In this document: positions 52,376 through 64,000 of the stretch, piece after piece | How positions within the stretch are numbered: position 1 is the first letter of the stretch | How the letters are laid out: each line of letters opens with the position of its first letter | Origin: Octopus vulgaris | Taxonomy: Eukaryota | Direction of reading: 5' to 3' | Length of the DNA stretch: 64,000 bases | Assembly (NCBI GenBank): GCA_951406725.2 | Contig: OX597836.1 | Span: forward strand, 33,108,001-33,172,000 | The notes under the pieces: generated by a model | What the model was told of the DNA's origin: nothing | Database searches by the model: none | What the model saw: only the letters and a program-made list of their open reading frames with translations | Made by a program: the position numbers and the translations under genes

Positions 52376-52769
52376 TAGGGAGGAAGCACTCCGTCGGTTA
52401 CGACGATGAGGGTTCCGGTTGATCCGAATCAACGGAACAGCCTGCTTGTGAAATTAACGTGTAAGTGGCTGAGCACTCCACAGACACGTGCACCCTTAAC
52501 GTAGTTCTCGGGGAAATTCAGCGTGACCCAGAGAGTGACAAGGCCGGCCCCTTGAAATACAGGTACAACAGAAACAGGAAGTAAGAGTGAGAGAAAGTTG
52601 TGGTGAAAGAGTACAGCAGGGATCACCACCATCCCCTGCCAGAGCCCCGTGGGCCTTTTGAGGTGTTTTCGCTCAATAAACACTCACAACGCCCGGTCTG
52701 GGAATCGAAACCGCGATCCTATGATCGCGAGTCCGCTGCCCTAACCACTGGGCCATTGCGCCTCCACAA
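52376..52769 (-). mobile_element. SINE family C, full length
   Basis: Reverse complement of 18654-19035; 12-bp TSD AGTAAGCTGAAT. Confidence 0.9.
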
Positions 52770-52886
52770 AGTAAGCTGAATGCTAAAGAGTTAAAAGGTG
52801 GTCATGATGATAGTGGAGGGAACAAAGAGGTGGTGGTGAGAGGAGTATAAGAAGAAGTGGTGAAAGAGGAGTTGTAAGAAATGTTC

Positions 52887-52921
<35 letters not shown>

Positions 52922-53039
52922 CCTACTATTGGCTCAACGCCTGAAATTTTGAGGAGAGAGAGAAAAAAAAAATGTTATTGTGAAGCCGGTGCAAACAAAA
53001 CTGGTGGAGCACTACTTGACTAATAACAATACTAATAAT

Positions 53040-53403
53040 AACAAGAGCACTCAGAGAGTGCAAACCTCTGCCAAGGCAACACCAACGTCCTCTCAACGAT
53101 TAGCCGGAGATGATTTTCAAAAATGAGAATATCTGAAATAAACTCAACTGCTCTCAACAAACGAGAATACTAAAAATGAACCCGACTGCTCTCAAAAATT
53201 AAGTTTTAAAAAATCAGGAAAAATAATCCAGAATCCTGTACTGGATCGATCCCAAAATCTAATCAGTTTGTACCAGTCTTGAGGTTAAATATGCCTGAAA
53301 GTTTTATCTGAATCCATCCAGCGGTTTTTGAGATATCTTGTCCACAGACAAACAAATAAACACGACTGAAAACAATACCTCTGCCTTCGCTAAGGCAGAG
53401 GTA
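53040..53403. mobile_element. Helentron-associated (HINE-like) element
   Basis: AACAAGAG end with palindrome GCACTC-AGA-GAGTGC, subterminal ACCTCTGCC repeat, terminal hairpin ACCTCTGCCTT-CGCT-AAGGCAGAGGT. Confidence 0.7.
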
Positions 53404-54728
53404 GTAGTAGTAGTAGTAGTAGTAATAATAATAATAATAATATTAATAATAAAAGGTACAAAAGTGCTTTTGAGAGGTGGAACATTTTTGAGTGTAACAT
53501 GAGCATCGAGTGGCACAACATTAGAGTGCTGAAAGAGCACTTGAGTAGAGGAACAGTTTTGAGTGGTAAATCACAAGTACTGGTGTAGTGGTATGCAAGA
53601 GAAAGGAATAACATACCAGATTAGAGAGAGAGAGAGTGTGTGTGTGTGTGTGTGTGTGTTGGGAAAGGTGACTGGACAGGCTGTTTAGAGAATGAATTCA
53701 TAAAGGAATGGTATGTCAAGGAGTGACACTTCTAAATGTTCCACAGCCTTGTGGCAGTGGTAGTAGTAGTAGAAGTGGTGGTGGAGAAGACTTGAGATGT
53801 GGTCAACAGGGACAGGCAAGGACTCAGAAATGTATGTCAGAAAAGAGATTTATCTCTTTAGCAATTCGGATTGCTATCATCATCATCATCATCATTGTCT
53901 AACGTCCGCTTTCCATGCTAGCATGGGTTGGACGAATGACTGAGGGCTGGAGAACCAGATGGCTGCACCAGGCTTCAATCTTGATCTGGCAGAGTTTCAA
54001 CAGCTGGATGCCCTTCCTAATGCCAACCACTCCAAGAGTGTAGTGGGTGCTTTTACGTGCCAGTCGGGCGGTACTGGCAAAGACCTCGCTCGAATCTTTT
54101 ACACATGCCACCGGCACAGGTGCCAGTAAGGCGATACTGGTAACGAATGGTGTCTTTTACGTGCCACCGGCACTGAGGCCAGATAGCCACTCTGGCAACG
54201 ATCACACTCGGATGGTGCTCTTAATACCCTACTAGCACCAATTCGCATCATTATGAATTGAATCATGCTTTATATCATAGCTTTGAGATTTCAGTGGTGT
54301 AACAGTTTTTCAGAATGTCATTGCAGGGTAAGGAGTTAGAGGTCACATCTGGCGAGTTTGAATTATAAAACAGGTAGAAGAATATTTGGGCCTCATATGG
54401 CTGCTTTAACTCGTTAACATTTAGTTTACTCTGTCAAATGTGATGCTTATTCATTCAAGTTGTTCTCAATTAATTATACACTATCTTGTAGCTTCAAGAT
54501 TTTAATGATATACTCTTTTACGTCTTTCAGTCATTTGACTGTGGCCATGCTGGAGCACCGCCTTTAGTCGAGCAAATCGGACCCAGTATTTTGTAAGCCA
54601 GGTACTTATTCTATCGGTTCCTTGTGCCGAACCGCTAAGTTATGGGGTCGTAAACACACTCGCATCGGTTGTAAAGTGATGTTGGGGGGACAAACACAGA
54701 CACATAAAGATATACGCACACACATACA

Positions 54729-54760
<32 letters not shown>

Positions 54761-56391
54761 CATACAGCAGATAAGAAAATGGGGAACAATAGGTGGTTCA
54801 TCAACTTTTGGACATTAAATTATGTGTGTGTGTGTGTGATATATTTTTATGTGAATGTGTATATGAATCAGTGTGTGTATGTGTGTGATATTTTCATGTG
54901 AATGTGTGTATGAATCAGTGTGTGCATATGCGTGTAGCATGTGATAAAGTATATATGTGTGATATAATAGTGTGTGTGTGTGTGTGTGCATATGTGTGTA
55001 GCATGTGATAAGGTATGTATGTATGTATGATATAATAGTGTGCGTGTGTGTGTGATATATTGTAGTGTAAGTATGAAAGTGTGTGCGCATGTAGCATATC
55101 TGATAGAGTATATACAATATAATGTAGTGAGTGTGTGAGATATTGTGTGTGTGTGTGTGTATGGAATAGTGTATTATATATTTTTAATGTTGTGTGCGTG
55201 CATGATATGGTGTAGCATGCGCGCGCGAGTGTGTGTGTGTGACGTGATGATGTATATACACAGTGAAAGGGAGGAGAGCTTTGTTAAGGGTTCCCTTGTT
55301 TATTCAGCAAACCCTGCTTTAACACAATCATGACATGATGGCATTGAAAGAGACAAGCCGCAGAGGGGCTTCAACATTAACAACATCCAGGGGGGAGGCG
55401 AGGGTGGCAAGGCGGTAGCAGCGGATATGGTGTGTGTGTGTGTGTGGTGGGTGGGTGGGTGGTTGGCTGTTGTAACTACTGACTGCTTCAAGTGGAACAA
55501 AATGAAGATGAAGATGTATATTCCAACATGCACGCATGTGTGCGTGTGTGTATGTAAGAATGAGTGTGTGCATAAGTGTAAGAGAGTGTGCGTGTGTGTG
55601 TATGCGTAAGTGCATGTGTGTGCGTATGTAAGAGTGTGTATATGCACATGTTTAAGAATGTGTGTGTGTAAAAGATGGCATGTATGTAAAAGTGTGTGCG
55701 TAAGTGTAAGTGTGCATGGATGCACAAGTGTAAGTGCATGTGTGTAAGTGTGTGTGTGTATGCACATGTTTAAGCGTGTGTGCCGGTGCTTATATGTGTG
55801 TGTGTGTGTGCTTGCACGCATATGTAAGCGTGTGTGTGTGAGTGAGTGTATGCATGTGTAAGAGCGTGTGCTTCCATGCATGTGTGTGTGACAGGGATTG
55901 GCTGTGCACTACATACACACACACACGCATAAAAGACAAATCATTTGAGAGAAAGAGAAAGGAGTGTGCGAGCGGTAGTGGTGGTGGGGGAGAGTTAACC
56001 CATTTCACTCTGCCAACTTTTTTTTGTTTGTTTGTTATTTATAGATTATACACTTCCACTATAATTTGTCAGGGAACATTCACCACCACCACCACCACCA
56101 CTGCAGTACTCCTCCCCACCACTGAAATGGTTTACCACCTCTATTATCATCATCACCACCACCACCACCACCACCATCCAGTGATGATGACGATAATCAT
56201 CAGTATCAACACCGACCACCATTATCACCAGCTAAGGATGATGACGATCATCATTACCTCATTACCACCCCCATCATCATCTGTCATCATCATCATCATC
56301 ATCATTGCCAAAACCATCATTATCATTACCATCATCACTTACAAATTCCCTTTTCCAATACTGCTTATTACCCCAACACTACCATCAGCAC

Positions 56392-56455
<64 letters not shown>

Positions 56456-58240
56456 CTTTTCTACTCTAGGCACATGGCCGAAAAATTTTGGGGTAGGGGG
56501 CCAGTCGATTATATTGACCCCAGTACGCAACTGGTACTTAATTTATCGACCCCCAAAAGGATGAAAGGCAAAGTTGACCTCGGTGGAATTTGAACTCAGA
56601 ACGTAAAGACAGACGAAATACCGCTAAGCGTTTAACCTGGCGTGCTAATGATTCTGCCAGCTCACTGCCTTAATAAAAATAATGGTTTCAGATTTTTCCA
56701 CAAGGGCAGCAATTTTGGGGGAGGGGAGTAGCCGATTACATCGACCCCAGTACACAACTGGAGCATTTTTGTCATAGACCTTGAAAGGATGAAAAGTGAA
56801 GTTGAACTCAGAATGTAATGATGGATGAATGTTGGCACAAACCCATTAATTTGGGTGCACAGAGTGCATGTCGATTACAACAATCCCCCAGCATCCAGCT
56901 GGTACTCGGTAGGATTTAAACTCAGAACATAAAGACAATAAAAATAACAATGGTTTCAAATTTTGGCCCAAGGCCAGCAAAGCACAAGACCTGAAATTTG
57001 GGGTTAGGGGGTAAGTCGATTACATTGACCTAGGCGGAATTTGAACTCAGAACGCAGCGCCAGGCAAAATTCCACTAAGCATTTCGCTTGGCGTGCTAAC
57101 GATTCTGCCAGTTCATCACCTATAATGATAATAATCCTTTCTACTGGGAAGCACAAGGCCTCAAATTTTTTTTGGGAGGGGGAGGGATTAAGATGATTAA
57201 ATCAACCCAAGTGCGTAACTGGTACTTATCTAATAGACCCTGAAAGGATGAAAAGCAAAGTCGACCTCGGTGGAATTTGAACTCAGAACATTGAGACAAA
57301 CGAGATACTGCTAAGCATTTCGCCTGGCATGCTAACGGTTCTGCCAGCTTGCCGCCTATAATAATAATAATAATAACAATAATGATGATAACAATAATAA
57401 TAATAATACCAAGTGTAATGTATTCTTGATCTAAGTGTCAACTACTACCCTGACCTTGAAAGACATAAGACACTAAAACCATGACCAAAACTACTTCTCT
57501 GACAACCAGTTACCACCACCACCATCACTACCCAATAATCGTTGCACCTATCACTACTACCATCACCACCATAACACAACCTCTTCTACCACCACTACCA
57601 CCACCAACAGCAACACTACCACTACAACCAACGAACACCCCATACCTATCATAACAACGACCACTATAGCTGCAACCACAGCTCCACAACTGCAACTACA
57701 GCACAACTTCCTACTACTACTACCACCACCACTACTGCATCAACAAATCAAGAGTCTACCACCACCACCACCACCACCACAAAAACACAGCCCCTACTAT
57801 CACAAACCACTAGAAATCTCCTCCTGCCAAGTAATTTGTCAATATTCATAGAGGGAGGCCAAAAAAAGGAAGAAAAAAAAAAAAGGATTTCTTTTGCTTT
57901 TGTTTTCTCCCTCTTTAGTGTCTCATCATGTAATTATGTGTAATTGTTCTTGTTATTGTGAATCTCCTTGAAGAACCAAAACAAACAAATCCTCAACAAC
58001 ATATTGGATGCTTCACAAATACAACCACTGAAGACAACCCGACATAAAATATACAAGGAGCCCCACTTGAAGAAGAAGAAAAAAAAGGACAACAACAAGA
58101 TGGTCTGTTGAGATAAATGTAATTAATAACATAATGATAATGATTATAAGTGATAATAATTATTATTATGTAATAATAATTAATGATGATGACTTGTTTT
58201 GGAAACAATGCAAAAATCACACAATTATACACAAACACAA

Positions 58241-58284
<44 letters not shown>

Positions 58285-61072
58285 ACACAAATACACATTT
58301 ATAATACACTCAAATACATACATACAGACACACAAACACATACATATATACAAACATACTCACTTACAGAAAACACTTATTTACATACACACACACACAC
58401 ATATATATATATATAGACACACACACAAATATATATTATATATTATATATACATAAACGCATATACACACAAGCATTTACATATTTATATACATACATAC
58501 CACACACACACAGAAATATATATTATATATACATAAACGCATATACACACAAGCATTTTACATAGTTATATACATACACACACACAGAAAGTCATACATC
58601 ATTCACACACATGTACAAAAACACCTTTTACATGCTCATATATTTAATATACACACACACACACATACATATATATATACACACACACCCCTTAACAAAA
58701 CCGATTTATACACAGAAGTACATTAATGTACTTCTGAAGTGGCTCTTACCCCCCCCCCTCTCTCCACCCCACACCTTTTGTTTGTTTGTTTGTTTTGTTT
58801 GTTTAATGCTCTCCTTCTGAGGAATAAAGGTGGAAAATATTATGGAGCAATGATAGAGTGGAACTAAATGATGATTAACATAATGATAGCAGTAGCAGTG
58901 GTGGTGGTGGTGGTGGTTGTGGTGGCGGCATCGGAGGTGGTAGCAATAACCAAACAAAGGAGGATGAGGAGGAGGAAGAAGGATAATGGTGGGAGGAGGC
59001 AAACAACAATAGCAACAACAACAAAAGTAAGCAAGCATAAAATATAACAAGCAATTTTTATTTTTTTTTACAAGAACCGGTGGGGAGTCCTCTTGTAGTT
59101 TTAATACACACTATTATTATTATTATTATTGTTATTGTTATTATTATTATTGTTATTATTATAGTGACAACAAACCACTGAGTAGAGAGGTGAGACAGGA
59201 TGGCATGGGGGGAACCCAGGCGGGCTAAGGCACAAAACAAGGGACCAGGAGGAGGAGGAGGAGGAAGGAAGAGACAGAAAAGAAGGTTGGGAGAAGTTGA
59301 CTTGGTGTGGGGTGGAGTCGGGTGGATGGGTGGGTGTTTGAAGAAAGATGGGAGTAGCAGAGGGGGTGGGTGGGTGGGTGCATGTTGTTGCTGTTGTATG
59401 TGTGCCTGCCGCCAACCCCCCAAGATGGACATGGACATCCCTTTTTAATGACTACATATATGTTAAGCTTTTCCAGTATGGTGATTGGTGGTGGCGGCAG
59501 CGGAGAGGGAGAGCCTGGAGAGTGGGAGGAGGGGGGAATAGGAAGAGGGATTAAAAACAAGAACAGAGCAGGCAGAGGGAGAGGGAACCCCTTCCAGTTA
59601 TATATAGTTTGGTTGGGAGGGAAAAAAACGGGGGTAGTTTGTTTCTCTCCTCCTCAGCATGCAGCTCAGGCAAAAAAAAAAAAAAACTGAACTGCAGAAA
59701 CTCTCCCTCCTCCACAACAGCAACAACAACAAGTTTTTACATTCAACTTCCTTCCCCAAACCCCTTTCTAGCCCCTCCTACCCCATCGACTCCTACCACG
59801 CACAAACCCCAGCTAGTTTGTCTTTTTTTTTTCTTTAAGAAATATTTTTTTTTATTCATGAAACTTTTTCTGGAGATTTAAAAAAAAAATATACATTATT
59901 CCTTGTTGAGTTTTTTTTTTGTTGTCTTATTAAATTTTATCATTATCATTAATAGTCATCATCATCATCCTCATTAATATTACTAATTAGTATCATTATT
60001 CTTATTACTAATTATCATTAGCATTGTTCAACACCCCACTTGTCCCTTGTATTGTTGCACTGTCCCTATCTGTGTTTGGCCCTTGTGGCCAATAATGAAA
60101 TCCTTATTATTGTTGTTGCTATCGTTGTTACTGGTTCCCCTCATCTATGCCCCTGTGGCTAATAAAATAAATTACTACTACTATTATTATACAATGAAAC
60201 ACAAGAGTGGTTGGCTGCTGCAACACCAGTAACAACCACGACCACCACCAGCCAGTCTCTCTCACCTCTCTCCTCCACTGTGTGCATAAACATACCTCAT
60301 AACTAGCCTGAGCTCTTTTACACTTCTCAAGGACCCTAAAAACCAAAAACCAGCACCTCCCATCCCCCTCAGCCGCCCCACCTCCATTATCAAGCACCAA
60401 TGCTTAAAGGGCCATAAATAAACTGACAAGAACCCCCCCCACCTCCTCCCATATATTCCCTTTCTCCCTCCCTCTTTCTCTTCAACGCACATACACACAC
60501 ACCTTTAACACTGCCCCTCCTTCTCCACCAATGGCCCCTTATGCTTCCCTCCTTGTATTCAGGAAATTACTGGATTAGCAACACAAACAACAACAAAAGA
60601 TTTACATCACAAGAAATGTTATTATTATTACCATTATTATACAACAAAGCAGAAAGAGGCAAATGGAAACAATAATGATGATGATGACAACGATGATGAT
60701 GGTGGTGATGATTCCCCCCCCTATTTGCCACAGGGTCAACCAAAAGCAGCAACAATGAACTGCAAGCCTCTTTCTCTTTTTATTGTTAGACAAGCTTTGT
60801 AACAACACCAGCCTTTTCTCAAGGCAGCGGCGGCGGCGAAGAGGGACACATGCCTCCCCGTCCACAACCATGACAACACCCCCCACCCCACGGAAAACTG
60901 GGAGTGGGGGGAAGGGGTTGGTGGAAGCATGTGTCACTTCAGAATGGGGAATATATATATATAGGTAACAAGTGAATTAAAATCGATGCAGTAACATTTA
61001 GATTGAAACTGATTTTGAGTATATAATATTCAAAATCAGGTGCTCCAGCATGGCCACAGCTCTGAGCTGAAA

Positions 61073-61123
<51 letters not shown>

Positions 61124-62479
61124 GAGGCGTTGGTGTGGGTGTGTGGTAAGAGAGATTTGCTTCCCAACCGTATGGCACATTGGGCAAGTGCATTCTACTT
61201 GCCCGATGTGCCATGGGATGACCAAAGCCTTGGTAGATGGTAACTGAAAGAAGCCCATCGTATATCTATATATATGTGTGTGTATCGTTGTGTTTGTTCC
61301 ACCATCATCTCTTGAGACAACAGGTGTTGGTGTGTTTATGTCCCCGTAACTTAGCGGTGCAGCAAAGAGACTGACAGAGTAAGTACTAGGCTTAAAAATG
61401 AGCCCTAGGGGTCGAATTGTCCAAGAAAAACCCCTTTAAGGCAGTGCTCCAGCATGGCTGCAGTCAAATGACTGAATCAAGTAAAAGAATAAAAAAGAAT
61501 ATATTTGTGGCAGTGTGGTAACGAGCTTGCTTCTTAACCACATGGTTTTGGGTTCAGTCCCGCTGTGTGGATCTTTGGGTAAGTGCCTTGTACTACCATT
61601 GCCTCAGGCTAATCAAATCCTTCTGAGGGAAATTGGTGGACAGAAACTGAAAGAAGGCGGTGAGTGGGCAGAGATGTTAGCATGCCAGGTGAAATGCTTA
61701 GTGGTATTTCGTTTGCCACTATGTTCTGAGTTCAAATTCCACCGAGGTTGACTTTGCCTTTCATCCTTTCGGGGTTGATTAAATAAGTACCAGTTACATA
61801 TTGGGGTTGATATAATCGACTTAATCCATTTGTCTGTCTTTGTTTGTCCCCTCTGTGTGTAGCCCCTTGTAGGCAGTAAAGAAAGAAGAAACTGAAAGAA
61901 GCCCTGTGTGTGTGCATATGTGAAATGAAATAAAAATTAAGGATCTGGGCAAAATACTTTATAAGCTCTCTGTGAAAAAAATAAACCAAACTGGCTTGGG
62001 ATAGATGTAGAAATCTAGGCAAATTGTACTTTAACAATGTATTCTCCAACCTTATCAGAAACATGTGTAAGCCAGATGGAATAAGATGTACAAATATCCA
62101 TTACTTTTGAGCCTTTTCTTCTGGCATTCCATTGGTGACGATGACGACGAGGGTTCCAGCTGATCTGATCAACAGAATAGACTGCTGGTGAAATTAACGT
62201 GCAAGTGGTTGAGTACTTCACAGACACGTGTACCCTTAACATAGTTCTCAGAGAGATTCAACATGACACAGAATGTGATGAGATTGGCTCTTTGAAATGT
62301 AGGTACAGCTCGTTTTAGCCATCTGGGCAGATTGGAGCAATGTGAAATAAAGAGTCTTGCTCAAGCACATAATCCACTGCCAGTAATTGAACTCCAAACA
62401 TAAGGATTGTCAGCCAAATACCCCTACCACTAAACCACGTGCCTTAAAATATACATACTCACACACAAGTGAGATTGTA

Positions 62480-63100
62480 GCTGTGGTCTATGCCAGTGCT
62501 GTATAACCATCCTGTTTAAGAAGTACCCTTCAATCTTCGGGCAATATGCTGTGCTTGAGAGGACCTGTTGAGTCAAATGAAATCATTGTCGTGGCTGATG
62601 ACATTACTGCCTGACAGGCACCTGTGCTGGTGGCATGTAAAAAGCATCAGTCGAGCATGATCGATGCCAGTGCCGCTGGACTGGTTCCCGTGCTGGTCAC
62701 ATGTAAAAAGCACTATTTGAGTGTGGTCAAAGCCAGTGCCACTGGACTGGCTCCTGTACTGGTGGCATGTAAAAAGCACCATACGAGCATGTTCCCTCTG
62801 CTGGTGGCACATAAAAGCACCATTTGAGCATGATCAATGCCAGTGCCACGTAAAAACCACCTTTCAAGCATGGTTGATGCCAGGGCTGCCTGACATATAA
62901 AAAGCTGCCAGGGCTGCCAGTGACATATAAAAAGCACCCACTAGACTCTCGGAGTGGTTGGTGCTAGGAAGGGCATCCAGCAGTAGAAACCTTGCCAGAT
63001 CAGATTGGAGCCTGGTGCAGCCTCCTGGCTTGCCAGTACGCCTCAAACTGTCCAACCCATTCCAGCAAGAGAGGCAGAAATTAAACGACAATGATGATGA
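62480..63100 (+). mobile_element. RTE-LINE 3' UTR fragment with variable internal tandem motif
   Basis: Matches 16680-17000; repeated TGGCAYRTAAAAAGCACC motif; (GAT)n tail. Other copies at 6377-6715, 19795-19942, 27320-27585, 30714-31045, 41220-41490, 49035-49185, 53876-54240. Confidence 0.8.
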
Positions 63101-63267
63101 CACACACATATGTATATATATACTATACACTATACATTCCTGGTGGAGAGCAGGATTGTTGTGATTCTCAAAAGTGAAGAGGTGGGCATGGGGAAAAATT
63201 AAGAAGTGTTAATTTGTACTATCTGGTCATCTTAAAATGAGAAGATGTCTATGAGGACAAGCTGAGA

Positions 63268-63571
63268 CCCCCTTTGGTCATGACTGACCATGGGATTGCA
63301 CCTAGAAAGTTACGCTCCCAGGCACAAGACCAGCAGTAGCCCATGCATACTGGCCTCCCCCCTCCACGCCACCAGTGTTATCCAAGGGAAAGGCAAAGGC
63401 TGATACAGCTTGGCACCAGTGACATCGCAACTCATTTCTACAGCCGAGTGAACTGGAGCAATGTGAAATAAAGTGTCCTGCTCAAGAACACAACAGGCGG
63501 CCCGGTCCGGGATTCAAACTCACAACCTCACGATCATAAGCTCGATGCTCTAATCACTGAGTCATGCGCCT
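63268..63571 (-). mobile_element. tRNA-derived SINE (family D)
   Basis: Head (reverse) GGCGCATGACTCAGTGATTAGAG...GAGTTTGAATCCC with A/B boxes. Confidence 0.8.
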
Positions 63572-63610
63572 ACACACGAGGAGAAGACATATGCTATTTA
63601 TATATACAAT

Positions 63611-64000
63611 AGGCACAGGAGTGGCTGTGTGGTAAGAAGCTTGCTTCCCAACCACATGGTTCCGGGTTCAGTCCCACTGCGTAGCACCTTGGCTAAGTGT
63701 CTTCCATTATAGCCTCAGGTCAACCAAAGCCTTGTGAGTGGATTTGGTAGAGGAAAACTGAAAGAAGCCCGGCATATATACACATGCATATATTTGTGTG
63801 CATGTGTCTTTGTGTCTACGTTTGTCCCCTGACAATCGCTGTCGGTGTGTTTACATCCCCTGTAACTTAGAATTTCAGCAAAACAGACCAATAGAATAAG
63901 TTACCAGGCTTACAAAGAATAAATCCTGCGACTAAAAACACCCTTTAAGGTGGTGCTCCAGCATGGCTGCAGTCAAATGATTGAAACAACTAACAGAATA
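63611..64000 (+). mobile_element. SINE family A
   Basis: Head GGCACAGGAGTGGCTGTGTGGTAAG through tail at the window end. Confidence 0.85.

Noticed and set aside
55842-56564. 240-aa ORF and other long YI/CV/HT-rich ORFs
   Set aside because: These are translations of (TA)n, (TG)n, (CAT)n and (AAT)n microsatellites joined to SINEs.
62620-62942. CRISPR-like repeat-spacer pattern
   Set aside because: Linkers are related to each other and the array lies within a LINE 3' UTR.

Overview
AT-rich, repeat-dense eukaryotic genomic DNA, most likely from an octopus (inferred from the SINE families and microsatellite load). The only gene I can identify with confidence is the 3' half of eyes absent (eya) on the minus strand. 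It has seven coding exons (51826 down to 36522; 729 nt, 242 aa plus stop) encoding most of the EYA HAD-phosphatase domain. The exon carrying the WDLDET motif was not found and presumably lies beyond 64000. Nearly all ORF-track entries are microsatellite or SINE artefacts. The rest of the window is nested transposons: at least four SINE families, degraded CR1/L2-type and RTE-type LINEs, hAT, mariner, piggyBac-type and Merlin-type elements, and Helitron/Helentron-type elements. Observations worth follow-up: a dispersed short repeat carrying degenerate minimal hammerhead-ribozyme motifs; a perfect 59-bp hairpin; an 89-bp perfect inverted duplication with a 27-bp micro-inversion in a related copy; a covarying 3' stem-loop shared by a LINE and a SINE; inverted SINE pairs around eya exons; a SINE-free, Sox-motif-rich intronic island; and a CRE/ETS/X-box promoter-like region next to unidentified coding-like sequence. 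I found no clearly new multi-gene system.
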